A DNA stretch of 64,000 nt from the IMG/VR virus record IMGVR_UViG_3300005581_000008, positions 2,862 to 66,861 of that record. One strand, written 5' to 3'. The notes under the pieces are model-generated. The model saw only the letters and a program-made list of their open reading frames with translations. It had not been told where the DNA came from and did not search any database. The position numbers and the translations under genes are program-made. This DNA comes from a virus. Shown here piece by piece: positions 1 to 9,842 of this stretch (positions are counted from its first letter, which is position 1; every line of letters begins with the position of its first letter).

Positions 1-485
1 ATAATTTCTGTTTGCTTATGTAATAAGTTATTTAGGCGTAATTGAGTACGCTCGTCAATAGTTACAATCGACTCATCATTAAGAACATAATGCAATTTAC
101 CCTCAACCAATCTGTCCAGTTTATTAAGAGAACGAATGCCTTGAACAACTGGGTCTACACTAAACATGTGAGAAGAAGCAAGTTTGATATAATTTTCGAT
201 TAATGTATCGGTAACTTTAATGTCGTGATATTCTTTAATAATATTAGCAACTGTATGTTCTGATAGTTCTTCGTATAGGTCTTTTGATACTTGTTCTTCT
301 AATTGTTGCGAAATGTAGTCTTGTTTAATGTATTGTCTTGCTTCTTCTAAACTTGTAAATTCTGTTTCAATACCATTTATCAAAACCTTTCCTTCTTCAG
401 TTCTTTCGATTAACTGAAGATAAGATCTGATACTCTCAACGATATCAGATCGCTTTAAAGATTTTGTAAATTCTGAATATTTCAT
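1..485 (-). CDS. Partial ORF (runs off the window), putative prohead core/internal head protein in the gp68 position
   Basis: Not in the ORF track; manual translation from ATG at 485 gives MKYSEFTKSLKRSDIVESIRSYLQLIERTEEG..., open to position 1. Lies directly after the gp67-like gene and has many (L/I)-x-E motifs. Confidence 0.55.
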   Translation of the reverse strand, partial: MKYSEFTKSLKRSDIVESIRSYLQLIERTEEGKVLINGIETEFTSLEEARQYIKQDYISQQLEEQVSKDLYEELSEHTVANIIKEYHDIKVTDTLIENYIKLASSHMFSVDPVVQGIRSLNKLDRLVEGKLHYVLNDESIVTIDERTQLRLNNLLHKQTEI

Positions 486-487
486 TA

Positions 488-1027
488 TTAATCGTTGTGA
501 TGCATACCGCTATCAGGACGAGTTTCATAGCCATGGTAATCTAATCTTTTTATGTATTCTTTATGTTGTGGTGAACCTTTACCACCTAAATGCTTATCAG
601 CAAATTCCTTATGTGATCCAGGTGAACCACCAGCACTCATATTATCATGGTCAACTGCATCTTCTGAGTGGCTTTTTACATGTTTTGCAGCTTCAGCACC
701 GTGATGTTGTTCTACTTTTTTAAGAATTTCTTTTGCTTTGCTTCTATGGTAGCTTTGTTGTCTAGGAGTAGCCTCATCGTTATGCTCACTACTACTACTA
801 ACATGATTATAATGATCAGCTGCTAAATGTGCAAGGGATGGTACTGTTGCTTCGCTTAATTCTTCAGTAACAACTTCTTGATTGAACATACCTTGAGCAA
901 CAGACTGACGCATGTCATCTAACTTAGCAGATAACTTTTCTTGCATGGCCATTGTAAATGCATTTTCTGTTTCTAGTGCATCACCTGCTCTGATTGCTTG
1001 GACTAAATTTTGTACTGTTTCATTCAT
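488..1027 (-). CDS. gp67-like prohead core protein with His-rich C-terminal extension
   Basis: Immediately follows the portal gene. N-terminus (LVQAIRAGDALETENAF...LDDMRQSVAQGMF) resembles the small helical core protein of T4-like phages. Confidence 0.6.
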   Translation of the reverse strand: MNETVQNLVQAIRAGDALETENAFTMAMQEKLSAKLDDMRQSVAQGMFNQEVVTEELSEATVPSLAHLAADHYNHVSSSSEHNDEATPRQQSYHRSKAKEILKKVEQHHGAEAAKHVKSHSEDAVDHDNMSAGGSPGSHKEFADKHLGGKGSPQHKEYIKRLDYHGYETRPDSGMHHND

Positions 1028-1039
1028 AAGATTCTCCTA

Positions 1040-2719
1040 TTAATTTGGCCAAGTACCAGTTTTTAATTTGGTAACTTTACCTTTGCTCTGTTGTGTATCT
1101 TGTTCTGCTTCAGCATCAGCTTCTTGATCTTGAGCACCTTGATCTTGCTGAGGTTGTGCAGCTTGTTGTTGCATTTGTTGTTGCTGTTCAGCCTGTGCAT
1201 CCATCGCTGGTTGCTGCATTGCCTGTTGAAGTTCTCCTTGAACAGTTGCTTGCTGAATCATAATGTCTTGTTCTTTATTCATTTCTTTCTGGATGTCTTT
1301 AATTTCTTTATCATCCAAACGAAGAATGTTTTTCTTAACCCAGTCTTGTGAATAATACTTACCAACAAATGGGTCTACAATTTGTAGTAAGCCCATTCTG
1401 GCTTGCATAATTTCACTGTCACGCAGTTCAGCGTAGTTATTATCTTCGATGTAATCGTATTTAATTCCAACACGAAGATCATCCCATTCATCTGGACGGA
1501 TAATACCTTTGCATATTAACTGAACACGAAGTGCTTGGTTAAACAATGCATTAAATTTCTTACGAAGTCTAATAATAAATTTATTAAACTTAACTTCATC
1601 ACGAGTAATTTCTTGAGCACGACCAATACTAAAACCTGAAGACTGTTGTAGTCGGCTAGCTGGAACATTTAACGCATGAAATAATTTACCTTGGAAGTAT
1701 TCAATATCTTGAATCTCACCTAAATTTTGTCCACCTGGAAGTGTAGTAATCTCAGTACCTTTACCACCTTCACGACGAGGCATCCAAAAATCTTCCATCA
1801 TTGAAAGATGTTTACGATCGTCACGAGTTTCGCCAGTTGTTGCATCATAAACAATCTTGTTACGGAACTTATTCATAATGTCCGTAACATACTGCTCTGC
1901 TTTCAACTTAGGTAAATTACCCACATCAACATAAAAAATTCTTCGTTCAGGCGCACGGCTGATACGATAGATGACAAGGGAGTCCTCGATCATCTTTAAT
2001 TGATTTACTGGTTTAATTGCCTTATGAAGATAAGACATTGCCATACCAGTATTTGGATCTACATAACCTGATGGGACATAGACCACTGAATCAAGAGCCA
2101 ATTTAACACCATGTGTTGTTTGCTCTGTAATCCCTTTGTCGTTATAAAGATAGTATTCTTCTACTTCTTTTACAACTTCAACACCTTGTGGTGTTCTTTC
2201 CTTTTTAATATTCTTAATACGACGAATCTTACGAGGATCGATGTATCTTAATTCTTGGATACCATCTTTCATTCTCGATTCATCGATAAGAATTTGATAA
2301 TATAACCTTCCGTCAATATACCATGCACGGAAAGTTTCATGCGCTCTTTCATCGAACTTTAATATACGGAGTACATTATCAAATTCTTCACGAATTCTAG
2401 TTTTAATATTGTCTGATACTTTAACTTCGTCAAGAACAATCTCAACGGATTTATGAGTTTCATCAGCCACAATGGCTTCATTAACAATATCTTCAATCGC
2501 ACCATCACAATCACTATACTGTGCTACTTCACGGTAGCGACGGATCAAATCATTTTCGTTCTTAATAACACCTTCGAGATCCATGACCATACCGTAGTAC
2601 CCACCAGCATTTACACCAGTGTTTACTACGGTTGCTCCAGTCTCATTCGGACTAGGAGGAACTACACTTGGTAATTGCTCCTCATCCTTGCGTTTTATCT
2701 CAAATCCAAAAATCTGCAT
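1040..2719 (-). CDS. gp20: Portal vertex protein
   Basis: Motifs YLHKAIKPVNQLKMIEDSLVIYRISRAPERRIFYVDVGNLPK and EDFWMPRREGGKGTEITTLPGGQNLG; synteny with gp19/gp18. Confidence 0.97.
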   Translation of the reverse strand: MQIFGFEIKRKDEEQLPSVVPPSPNETGATVVNTGVNAGGYYGMVMDLEGVIKNENDLIRRYREVAQYSDCDGAIEDIVNEAIVADETHKSVEIVLDEVKVSDNIKTRIREEFDNVLRILKFDERAHETFRAWYIDGRLYYQILIDESRMKDGIQELRYIDPRKIRRIKNIKKERTPQGVEVVKEVEEYYLYNDKGITEQTTHGVKLALDSVVYVPSGYVDPNTGMAMSYLHKAIKPVNQLKMIEDSLVIYRISRAPERRIFYVDVGNLPKLKAEQYVTDIMNKFRNKIVYDATTGETRDDRKHLSMMEDFWMPRREGGKGTEITTLPGGQNLGEIQDIEYFQGKLFHALNVPASRLQQSSGFSIGRAQEITRDEVKFNKFIIRLRKKFNALFNQALRVQLICKGIIRPDEWDDLRVGIKYDYIEDNNYAELRDSEIMQARMGLLQIVDPFVGKYYSQDWVKKNILRLDDKEIKDIQKEMNKEQDIMIQQATVQGELQQAMQQPAMDAQAEQQQQMQQQAAQPQQDQGAQDQEADAEAEQDTQQSKGKVTKLKTGTWPN

Positions 2720-2743
2720 TATGTAATAACCTTCAGTTAATTA

Positions 2744-3331
2744 TTAAAGTGGGAAGCTACCAACTGGAGTATCAATAGAAACATTGACACCAAAGCCAGA
2801 TGCTGCACCAGTATTTGAAGTAAAGAAGTTGTATTGGAACTCTACATCAAACTGTTCAATTGCATTTTGTTGCTCGTAATCTAAACCGATTGCGGAAATT
2901 GTTGTCGGGAATGCATCAACAAATTTGTAAGACTTAATAGTTGCACCATTACGATCTAGTTGGTGAACAGATAAGTCAACTTGATACTCAGTAGGATTAA
3001 TACGACCATTAGTAGTATTATAATTCTGAATACCTGATTGCCACTGCTCTAGAGCATTACGGATACCAAATGTGGTGTCGTTGTAAATCGTCACAGTCCA
3101 TGGTTGGAATGTTCGTTCACCAGCAAAGTTAACTGGGCGACCACGATACAAGACTGGTAAAGTCTCGATAGTGGATGCAGGCAACTGAGCAGCTTTACAC
3201 AAAAATTGTGCACGCTGTCCAGCTACCACACCTAGAGTAACATAAGATGGGAATGTTAATTCAACACGGAATTGATTAGGGCGAGCACCACCACCAATCA
3301 TCTGCGCTTTAAAATCAGCAATGTTTGCCAT
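2744..3331 (-). CDS. gp19: Tail tube protein
   Basis: GGARPNQFRV, AQLPASTI, GERTFQPWTVTIYND, FPTTISAIGLD; follows the sheath gene. Confidence 0.95.
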   Translation of the reverse strand: MANIADFKAQMIGGGARPNQFRVELTFPSYVTLGVVAGQRAQFLCKAAQLPASTIETLPVLYRGRPVNFAGERTFQPWTVTIYNDTTFGIRNALEQWQSGIQNYNTTNGRINPTEYQVDLSVHQLDRNGATIKSYKFVDAFPTTISAIGLDYEQQNAIEQFDVEFQYNFFTSNTGAASGFGVNVSIDTPVGSFPL

Positions 3332-3354
3332 TTAATTCTCTCCTTGTTCTTTCT

Positions 3355-3361
3355 TATTTAT
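3355..3361 (-). promoter_or_regulatory. T4-type late promoter (ATAAATA) for gp19
   Basis: Intergenic match to the TATAAATA-type core, ~24 nt upstream of the gp19 ATG. Confidence 0.6.
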
Positions 3362-3368
3362 CTTTAAA

Positions 3369-5558
3369 TTACGCACCAACTTCGCTGAAGTTAATCGCAG
3401 AGCGAGCAGCAACAAAGTTAAGAGTAATAAAGTTGATAGAACGATTTGGTTTAACGAAGATATCAGCAACGAACTCGTTGCGATCAATAACTTCACCTGT
3501 GTTGTTAGACTCATCGCACTTAACAACGAAATCAGTAATACCACGACGACCTTGTACATCACGGAGGAATGGCTCTACTAAGTTACGGAATTGCGCACGA
3601 GTGAAACCATCATTGAATTCGAACAACTGGAATTTAGCAGCTGTTGCGATTGCTTTCTCCATAACGATGAATAGACGACGCACATTGATACGATCAAATG
3701 CGCTTGGCTTAGCCAATAGAGTTTTGTCACCGAACAGAACAGTACCTTCTCCTGGGAATGTAACCACTGGGTTAATACCAGCTTTGTAGAGATTGTCTCT
3801 CAAAGTCTTAGAAGGGTTGAACGCTAAACGAACAACATTTTTAATTTGTCCACGATTTAGACCACCTGGAGAGAACCAAGGATCATTAGTGTAATCAGTA
3901 CGAGCACACAGACCAGCAACATCGGCATTTAGTGGAACATAACGATATTTGTCTGCATAACGATCATACTGGTATTTGTATCCAGAATCTAGGACAGCGT
4001 ATGAAGTGCTTGGTAAAGCATTACGGTAAGCAACCATAGCAGTAGATTCAGTTGAAGTGCTACCAATGATAACATCACCAGTAGAAGTGTTTTGTGGAGA
4101 AACAAAGGCTACGCAATCAAGACGAGTTTCGCAGATGTTACTGATAATGTAATTTGCTACTGTAGTAGATGCTTTACCAGCAAGAACCAAACTAATATCA
4201 TATAGTTCTGCATTTGCGAATAGAGCATAAGCAGAATTTAATTCTGCGTCTGTTGCAGCAAAATCATCAGTACCACCAGATAGTGAAACAGTTTGAGCAG
4301 AAGTCAAACTCTTATATACTGCAGCATTGGCTAATGTTGTGCCAAAATCTTTGGTTCCAGCAACTGAAGTTAATGCAGTAGGATGATCCATCCACCAGAT
4401 GTATTCAGAACGAGAGTTAATAACATCTTTGTAGTAGTTATTAGTACCATCTGATTTCTTCGCATCGTTCGCTTTAGAAACAAAAGCGAATTTTTCTAGA
4501 ACAAATCCTGGGGTGCCAGTAACAAGACCATCTTCATCGATAACGATAATATGCATTTCGTCAACAGCAGCTGGAGCAACCATTACATCTTTTGCGTAAG
4601 TAGAAGTTCCTGGAGCAGCATCAAACTGATCTGCATAAGCCCATGAAGTAAAGGTAGCAGAATCCGCCATAGAAACTAGTAATGAGTTTCCAGTAGTTCC
4701 TGGATATTTTGCAGCCCATGCACCAACAACACCAGCACCATTTGCTAGGTATGTATTGTAATATTCACCATTGGTAACTTTTAGACCAGCAGTAGAAATA
4801 GTACAAGTCGCAGTCGCAGTACCAGCGATTGTAATAGTAGGTGCTGTAGTATAACCGCTACCAGCTGTGACAATATTAATACTAGAAACTGTAGAAGTTG
4901 TTAGAGTTACAGCACCAAGTGCTGCACCAGAACCATTACCAGTAATAGAAACTGTTGGGGCAGCTTTGTAACCAGTTCCTGCAGTAGTGATAGTAATACC
5001 AGTCACTAAACCACCAGAGAAAGTAGCAGTACCTACTGCACCAGTACCAGAATCACCAGCAGCAGGAGTAATAGTAACAGTTGCGCTGGTATATCCAGAG
5101 CCACCAGATGCAACTGCAATCGCACTAATACCACCACCTGATAGAACCGCAGTTCCAGTAGCAGTAATACCACCAGCATCAGTAGGAGCAGAGAATGTTA
5201 CTGTTGGAGCAGCACCAGTAGATGAGTATCCAGAACCACCAGAAGTAATAGCAATAGTAGCTACCCCACCAGTTTGAGTGGCAACCGCATTCAAAGCCCC
5301 AGTGTCAGCACGGACTAGTAATAGATTATTTGTGTATGATAGGAAGTTTGCAGCAGTGAAAAAAGATTGAAAATTGCTATCATTTGGTTTACCGAAGCGA
5401 CGGACTAGTTCATTCTCAGAACTAACTGTGCTAGGTTCCATTACTGGACCCCATGGAAACACCCCAGCAAAAGCACCAATAGATGATGATACGGCTGGAA
5501 CGATAGAAGTGAAATCTTTTTCTACGACTGCAACGCCTGGAGATAGTTGAAACGGCAT
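3369..5558 (-). CDS. gp18: Contractile tail sheath protein
   Basis: MPFQLSPGVAVVEKD, WGP, PWFSPGG, GDKT and FDRINVRRLF motifs; carries a Gly/Thr-rich insertion. Confidence 0.97.
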   Translation of the reverse strand: MPFQLSPGVAVVEKDFTSIVPAVSSSIGAFAGVFPWGPVMEPSTVSSENELVRRFGKPNDSNFQSFFTAANFLSYTNNLLLVRADTGALNAVATQTGGVATIAITSGGSGYSSTGAAPTVTFSAPTDAGGITATGTAVLSGGGISAIAVASGGSGYTSATVTITPAAGDSGTGAVGTATFSGGLVTGITITTAGTGYKAAPTVSITGNGSGAALGAVTLTTSTVSSINIVTAGSGYTTAPTITIAGTATATCTISTAGLKVTNGEYYNTYLANGAGVVGAWAAKYPGTTGNSLLVSMADSATFTSWAYADQFDAAPGTSTYAKDVMVAPAAVDEMHIIVIDEDGLVTGTPGFVLEKFAFVSKANDAKKSDGTNNYYKDVINSRSEYIWWMDHPTALTSVAGTKDFGTTLANAAVYKSLTSAQTVSLSGGTDDFAATDAELNSAYALFANAELYDISLVLAGKASTTVANYIISNICETRLDCVAFVSPQNTSTGDVIIGSTSTESTAMVAYRNALPSTSYAVLDSGYKYQYDRYADKYRYVPLNADVAGLCARTDYTNDPWFSPGGLNRGQIKNVVRLAFNPSKTLRDNLYKAGINPVVTFPGEGTVLFGDKTLLAKPSAFDRINVRRLFIVMEKAIATAAKFQLFEFNDGFTRAQFRNLVEPFLRDVQGRRGITDFVVKCDESNNTGEVIDRNEFVADIFVKPNRSINFITLNFVAARSAINFSEVGA

Positions 5559-5609
5559 TGTATTTCTCCTTGTTAATAAGTTTACCTAGACAATTTCATG
5601 TCTACATTT

Positions 5610-5616
5610 TATTTAG
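5610..5616 (-). promoter_or_regulatory. Late promoter (CTAAATA) for gp18
   Basis: Intergenic CTAAATA upstream of gp18; an AGGAG Shine-Dalgarno follows in the leader. Confidence 0.6.
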
Positions 5617-5630
5617 TTTTTACACGATTT

Positions 5631-7208
5631 CTAGAAGTTTAATGGAGCCTTCTCTGGCTTTCCATCTTCATAGAAACCGAATGGTGTTAATTCTTCTTCG
5701 ATCGCTTGCATTTGCTTAGCGTACATTATATTTCGTAGATTAACATTATTTAGGTCTTTAAAATAACTGTTAGTAGTGAGCCACCCAAACAGAACTAGAG
5801 GCATTACTAAGTCATCATGGTAACCTTCATCAGCTTCATATGAACCCTTCTTCTCGATAAAAGTCGAGATTTCAGAGATTGTATCCGCATCATTTATAAT
5901 AAGTTTGTTTTCCTCAACGAGTGCTTTAAAGTTATGACACCCAATTCGTTTAATCTTTTTATCGGTATTAACACCCAATTGTGTTTTACCACCACCAAAA
6001 CCACCTGAGACAGTCTGCCCCATAGCGTGTCTTGTAACCATCAATATATTTTCGTATTCCATCTCAGAATATAGGATGTGAGCAACCTGTTCCGAGATGT
6101 TAATTTCCAATAATACCCATGCTTGGTTGTAGTCTGATCCAACTTTATAAATGACATTTGGATAGAGCAACGGACTAATTTCATTATTACGATACTTTGC
6201 AACGATTCTGTAAGGAACCTCTGTAATATCAATAACTTGGAATGCTGAATAATCCCCACCAACACCTTTTGCTATATCGCAAACCATACAATAACTATGA
6301 CCAGCCTGTGGGTTTACATATACATCTAACCCATCTTTCTGATAGACGATAGTATCTGGACTCATTCTAGAAATAGCATCTGCTCTAACTAGAGTAAGAG
6401 AAGAACCTAAGAAGTTACAAAGAACCTCTTGAGTAAATTTAAGTTCACCAAGCTGTGCTTTTTGTTCTGCAGCCCATGCTTCATCACGACCTGGAATTTC
6501 CCAGTATGGTATGAATAGATTAACGAATCCATTTCTACCCTTTTCAGCATCTGTCCAAAACTTCCAGAAATGATTATATCCTAAAGGAGTTGAAGACAAT
6601 AGAATCTTAGTAGTCTGACCAGCTGAAATCGTAGGATAGACTGAAGTAAAGAATTCTTCTGCCACATTGTTTGGAATAATCGCTGCCTCGTCAACATACA
6701 ACATGTTTACTGATTTACCACGAATACCAGACTTACCTGTTGCAGCAGTGAATACTTTTGATCCATTCTCTAATTCAATATCACCTTTGTTCCAAGTAGT
6801 AACACCTTGCTGCATCCACTTTGGCAGCAACTCATACATTGTTTGATAACGATCTAAAACCTCACGAGCAGCAGTTGCTTTGTTCGCAAGGATAGCCACA
6901 GTTTTGTTGGCTTGGAAAATCGTATACCAAAGAATGTAGGCTGCAGAGGTAGTTGTCTTACCTTGCTGACGACCTTCCATAAGAATCACACGACGATTAG
7001 TATGGATTACATTTACTTTGTTTTTCTGGCAATCATACAGTTTAAACAACTGTAAGCCATGATCCAGTGTAACAATATAGCAGTAGGTCTCGATAAAATA
7101 TATCGGATCTGCTGCACACTTCATGTACTCTTTTACATCTTCAGGTGTAAAATCAACGGTAACTCCAGCTGCTTTTAAATTGGAGTTTGAATTATAAATT
7201 TGTGCCAT
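5631..7208 (-). CDS. gp17: Terminase large subunit
   Basis: Walker A-like RQQGKTT, Walker B YVDEAA, SSTPLG, nuclease DIAKGVGGDYS and HDDLVM. Confidence 0.97.
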   Translation of the reverse strand: MAQIYNSNSNLKAAGVTVDFTPEDVKEYMKCAADPIYFIETYCYIVTLDHGLQLFKLYDCQKNKVNVIHTNRRVILMEGRQQGKTTTSAAYILWYTIFQANKTVAILANKATAAREVLDRYQTMYELLPKWMQQGVTTWNKGDIELENGSKVFTAATGKSGIRGKSVNMLYVDEAAIIPNNVAEEFFTSVYPTISAGQTTKILLSSTPLGYNHFWKFWTDAEKGRNGFVNLFIPYWEIPGRDEAWAAEQKAQLGELKFTQEVLCNFLGSSLTLVRADAISRMSPDTIVYQKDGLDVYVNPQAGHSYCMVCDIAKGVGGDYSAFQVIDITEVPYRIVAKYRNNEISPLLYPNVIYKVGSDYNQAWVLLEINISEQVAHILYSEMEYENILMVTRHAMGQTVSGGFGGGKTQLGVNTDKKIKRIGCHNFKALVEENKLIINDADTISEISTFIEKKGSYEADEGYHDDLVMPLVLFGWLTTNSYFKDLNNVNLRNIMYAKQMQAIEEELTPFGFYEDGKPEKAPLNF

Positions 7209-7954
7209 TAGAAGTTAAATGTCCAACTCTCATTATCAACTGTTGCAGTAGTTACATCACCTTCTGCCGTATAAATTCTATTTGGGTCACTAAAGTTTTC
7301 GTTCTGACCAACATTAGCATTAACAGTATCGATAATACTTTGACCAGAAATTGGTCCAAATAAATTCATTTTCATTTGAAAGCTAAGAGTATGAGTAACA
7401 AACCTACGAGTTTGGAAATCTCCATCATAATCATCTTGAACCGATACACTATTTAACACGATAGGAACATCAAGTTTAACATTCATATCTGGAACTGCAT
7501 TAAGAGTCAATGTATACTCAGGTGTAAAAGTAGGAAGAATTTGTTCTATAATTTGTAGACCATCTTCTTGAGTTTTTGTTAGAATGTATAATGATAAATC
7601 AATATTGTATGGAACAGGAGTATACATAGTAGATACTGAACCAGTACCATCACCACATTTTATCTGTTGCATGCGATTTACTTTACGAGATGGATCATAG
7701 TTATAACCAATAATTTCAAAAGACATTCTTGGTAGAGTTGTATAAACATGATTTTCCAAAGTTGGATCTTGTTCCAAACGAACAATCCACTTTTCCTTTG
7801 GTGCATAAGCCAGTGGAATCTGTAATCTTTGAATTACCGTACCAGTTACAGAATCACCTTCACGACGATCGATATAGATGTCACTGAATAGCGAACCAAA
7901 TCCTACAATGCACTTGCGGATTATTCCGTGGTAGTATACATTACTGTTTAACAT
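7208..7954 (-). CDS. gp15: Tail sheath stabiliser/terminator
   Basis: IPLAYAPKEK, LPRMSFE, PVPYN, QIIEQILPTFTP. Confidence 0.92.
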   Translation of the reverse strand: MLNSNVYYHGIIRKCIVGFGSLFSDIYIDRREGDSVTGTVIQRLQIPLAYAPKEKWIVRLEQDPTLENHVYTTLPRMSFEIIGYNYDPSRKVNRMQQIKCGDGTGSVSTMYTPVPYNIDLSLYILTKTQEDGLQIIEQILPTFTPEYTLTLNAVPDMNVKLDVPIVLNSVSVQDDYDGDFQTRRFVTHTLSFQMKMNLFGPISGQSIIDTVNANVGQNENFSDPNRIYTAEGDVTTATVDNESWTFNF

Positions 7955-8883
7955 TATGGGTTATTGTCTCTGTCAATTTCACCGAATGGATTTGATACGC
8001 TAAACAATACATCCTGTGCTTGTGTTTTAAACTTATTATTATCACCGAAGGATTCTGGCTTATCAATATTAATATCAATAGAAGCAGTTGCTACCGCACC
8101 AGATCCGCCACCGCCAGTTATAGAAACTACTGGAGCAGTTTGGTATCCACTACCTGGATTTGTTACATCAATGCGAATAATTTTATTTGCAGTAGTACCT
8201 GTTCCACGAACAGCAGTTGCCGTAGCACCAGAACCAGTTGCGCTTGTGAAGGATACTGTTGGAACTGAAGTGTATCCTGATCCTTGAGTAGTCATTGTAA
8301 TCTTAGTAACTTCACCTGTAGGAGATCTAGTTGTATTAGTGGTAAATGTCTTGAGAGTTTCAAAGGCATCAATCGGTGCAATGCCAGTATCTATTCTTTC
8401 AGAAGCATACTGGAACAATTCAACTTGTAGTTTGTAAACATATAGTTTACCAAGCTGATAAAATGGATCTTGATGGGCAACAAATTTAATTTCAAACAAA
8501 CCTTTAGTTAATGGAAAGTAAATTAAATCACCTTCGCATGGTCTATTTGGTAGAATGGTTTGACCATAGCGACCAACCATCTGTTCCCAGCGACGACGAG
8601 CAACTACCAATGTAGCTGACTGTTCCATCATAAGACCAAACTTCTGAATGAACGCACCTTGTCCACCAAGAGAATCTACATTCTCAAAATACATTTCAAT
8701 TGGAAATGAAGAGGTAAATTTTGATAGACGATCTTCACCAAGAATCTCGTCTTTAGAAACTAATGTTCTTGGAATGTACATGAACTCATTACCGTAAATC
8801 TTAAGAGATTCGATAATGAGATCTTCAACTAGGTACTGCTCATTTCTAGTACCATGAGAAAAATAAACATTAGTTGTTGACAT
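7954..8883 (-). CDS. gp14: Neck protein
   Basis: EDLIIESLKIYG, YIPR, PCEGDLIYFP, PFYQLGK, C-terminal NPFG; carries an inserted GSGY module. Confidence 0.92.
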   Translation of the reverse strand: MSTTNVYFSHGTRNEQYLVEDLIIESLKIYGNEFMYIPRTLVSKDEILGEDRLSKFTSSFPIEMYFENVDSLGGQGAFIQKFGLMMEQSATLVVARRRWEQMVGRYGQTILPNRPCEGDLIYFPLTKGLFEIKFVAHQDPFYQLGKLYVYKLQVELFQYASERIDTGIAPIDAFETLKTFTTNTTRSPTGEVTKITMTTQGSGYTSVPTVSFTSATGSGATATAVRGTGTTANKIIRIDVTNPGSGYQTAPVVSITGGGGSGAVATASIDINIDKPESFGDNNKFKTQAQDVLFSVSNPFGEIDRDNNP

Positions 8884-8884
8884 G

Positions 8885-9841
8885 TTATCCTAAAAAGAAA
8901 TCAAGAGGTGCTGATTTATTTTGTAATTCGTCTTCTAGGTCTTTAATTTCTGTAGTGGCTTCGTCATATAGTTTATCACCATCCAGAGTTACACCACCTG
9001 GAAGTTGAATGCCAGAGAATTTTTTAATGTTGGTTGCCCACTGTTTTTTAAACAATGCAATAACATAGTGTTTTAACCACTGTTCGTTGTAAACTTTACT
9101 CCATGTGGTCGGATCCATTGCACGATAAGACTGAACAATAATATAATCACCAAGAATAAAATCTGTTGCCCAATTAGCGTCTAGGTATAAACGACCATTT
9201 AAACGATTGAACCTAAATCTTTGATGACCATTTAACTCTAAATCTAATAGAGCCAAATGCGACATAACTGTTTTGTAGTAGATTAAAGAAGTAGATGTTA
9301 AATCATACAAGTCATTTAATCTTAATTGATACTGCAAGTCGAAAATGTTCTTTGATGAAGATGCTTGTCCAGCAGATATAATTTGAGTGACACCCCAAAC
9401 ATAGTCTGGAATTTCAATATAACGATTATCGTATTCACGGATTATAATAGAAGACAGAGTTGCATTATGCCCTGCTGAACCATTAATCGTTTCGCCAGCA
9501 GTAAAAGTTCCAACAATATTTTTAACTAGTAATAGTGTTCCAGAAGAAGTTCTGCTGGATTCTTGGCAAACTTCAGCAGTAGCACCAGAAGTTGCTCCAG
9601 TAATTTTTTCAGCAAGATTAAATGTACCTGCAACTGATGCAGATAATGTAATTTCAGAAGCACGAATTTGTTGCTTAAGATAAATCTGCTCAATACCTTC
9701 GTAGTGATATATTTTCCAATAATCTAATGCTTCATCAAGACGATCTTCTAATTGATCATCGTCCACATTTATTTCAAGCACGGGAGCACCCAGTGCTCTT
9801 AGCGCATATTGTTTTAACCCATCTCTTGTAGAAACAGCCAT
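8885..9841 (-). CDS. gp13: Neck protein
   Basis: LRALGAPVLEINVDDDQLEDR, KKQWATNIKKFSGIQLPGGVTLDG. Confidence 0.93.
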   Translation of the reverse strand: MAVSTRDGLKQYALRALGAPVLEINVDDDQLEDRLDEALDYWKIYHYEGIEQIYLKQQIRASEITLSASVAGTFNLAEKITGATSGATAEVCQESSRTSSGTLLLVKNIVGTFTAGETINGSAGHNATLSSIIIREYDNRYIEIPDYVWGVTQIISAGQASSSKNIFDLQYQLRLNDLYDLTSTSLIYYKTVMSHLALLDLELNGHQRFRFNRLNGRLYLDANWATDFILGDYIIVQSYRAMDPTTWSKVYNEQWLKHYVIALFKKQWATNIKKFSGIQLPGGVTLDGDKLYDEATTEIKDLEDELQNKSAPLDFFLG

Positions 9842-9842
9842 T

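Noticed and set aside
5587-5604. TAGACA-N6-TGTCTA hairpin in the gp18 leader as a terminator
   Set aside because: Weak 6-bp stem with no U-tract on the coding strand; it lies downstream of the promoter, so at most a 5' stabiliser.
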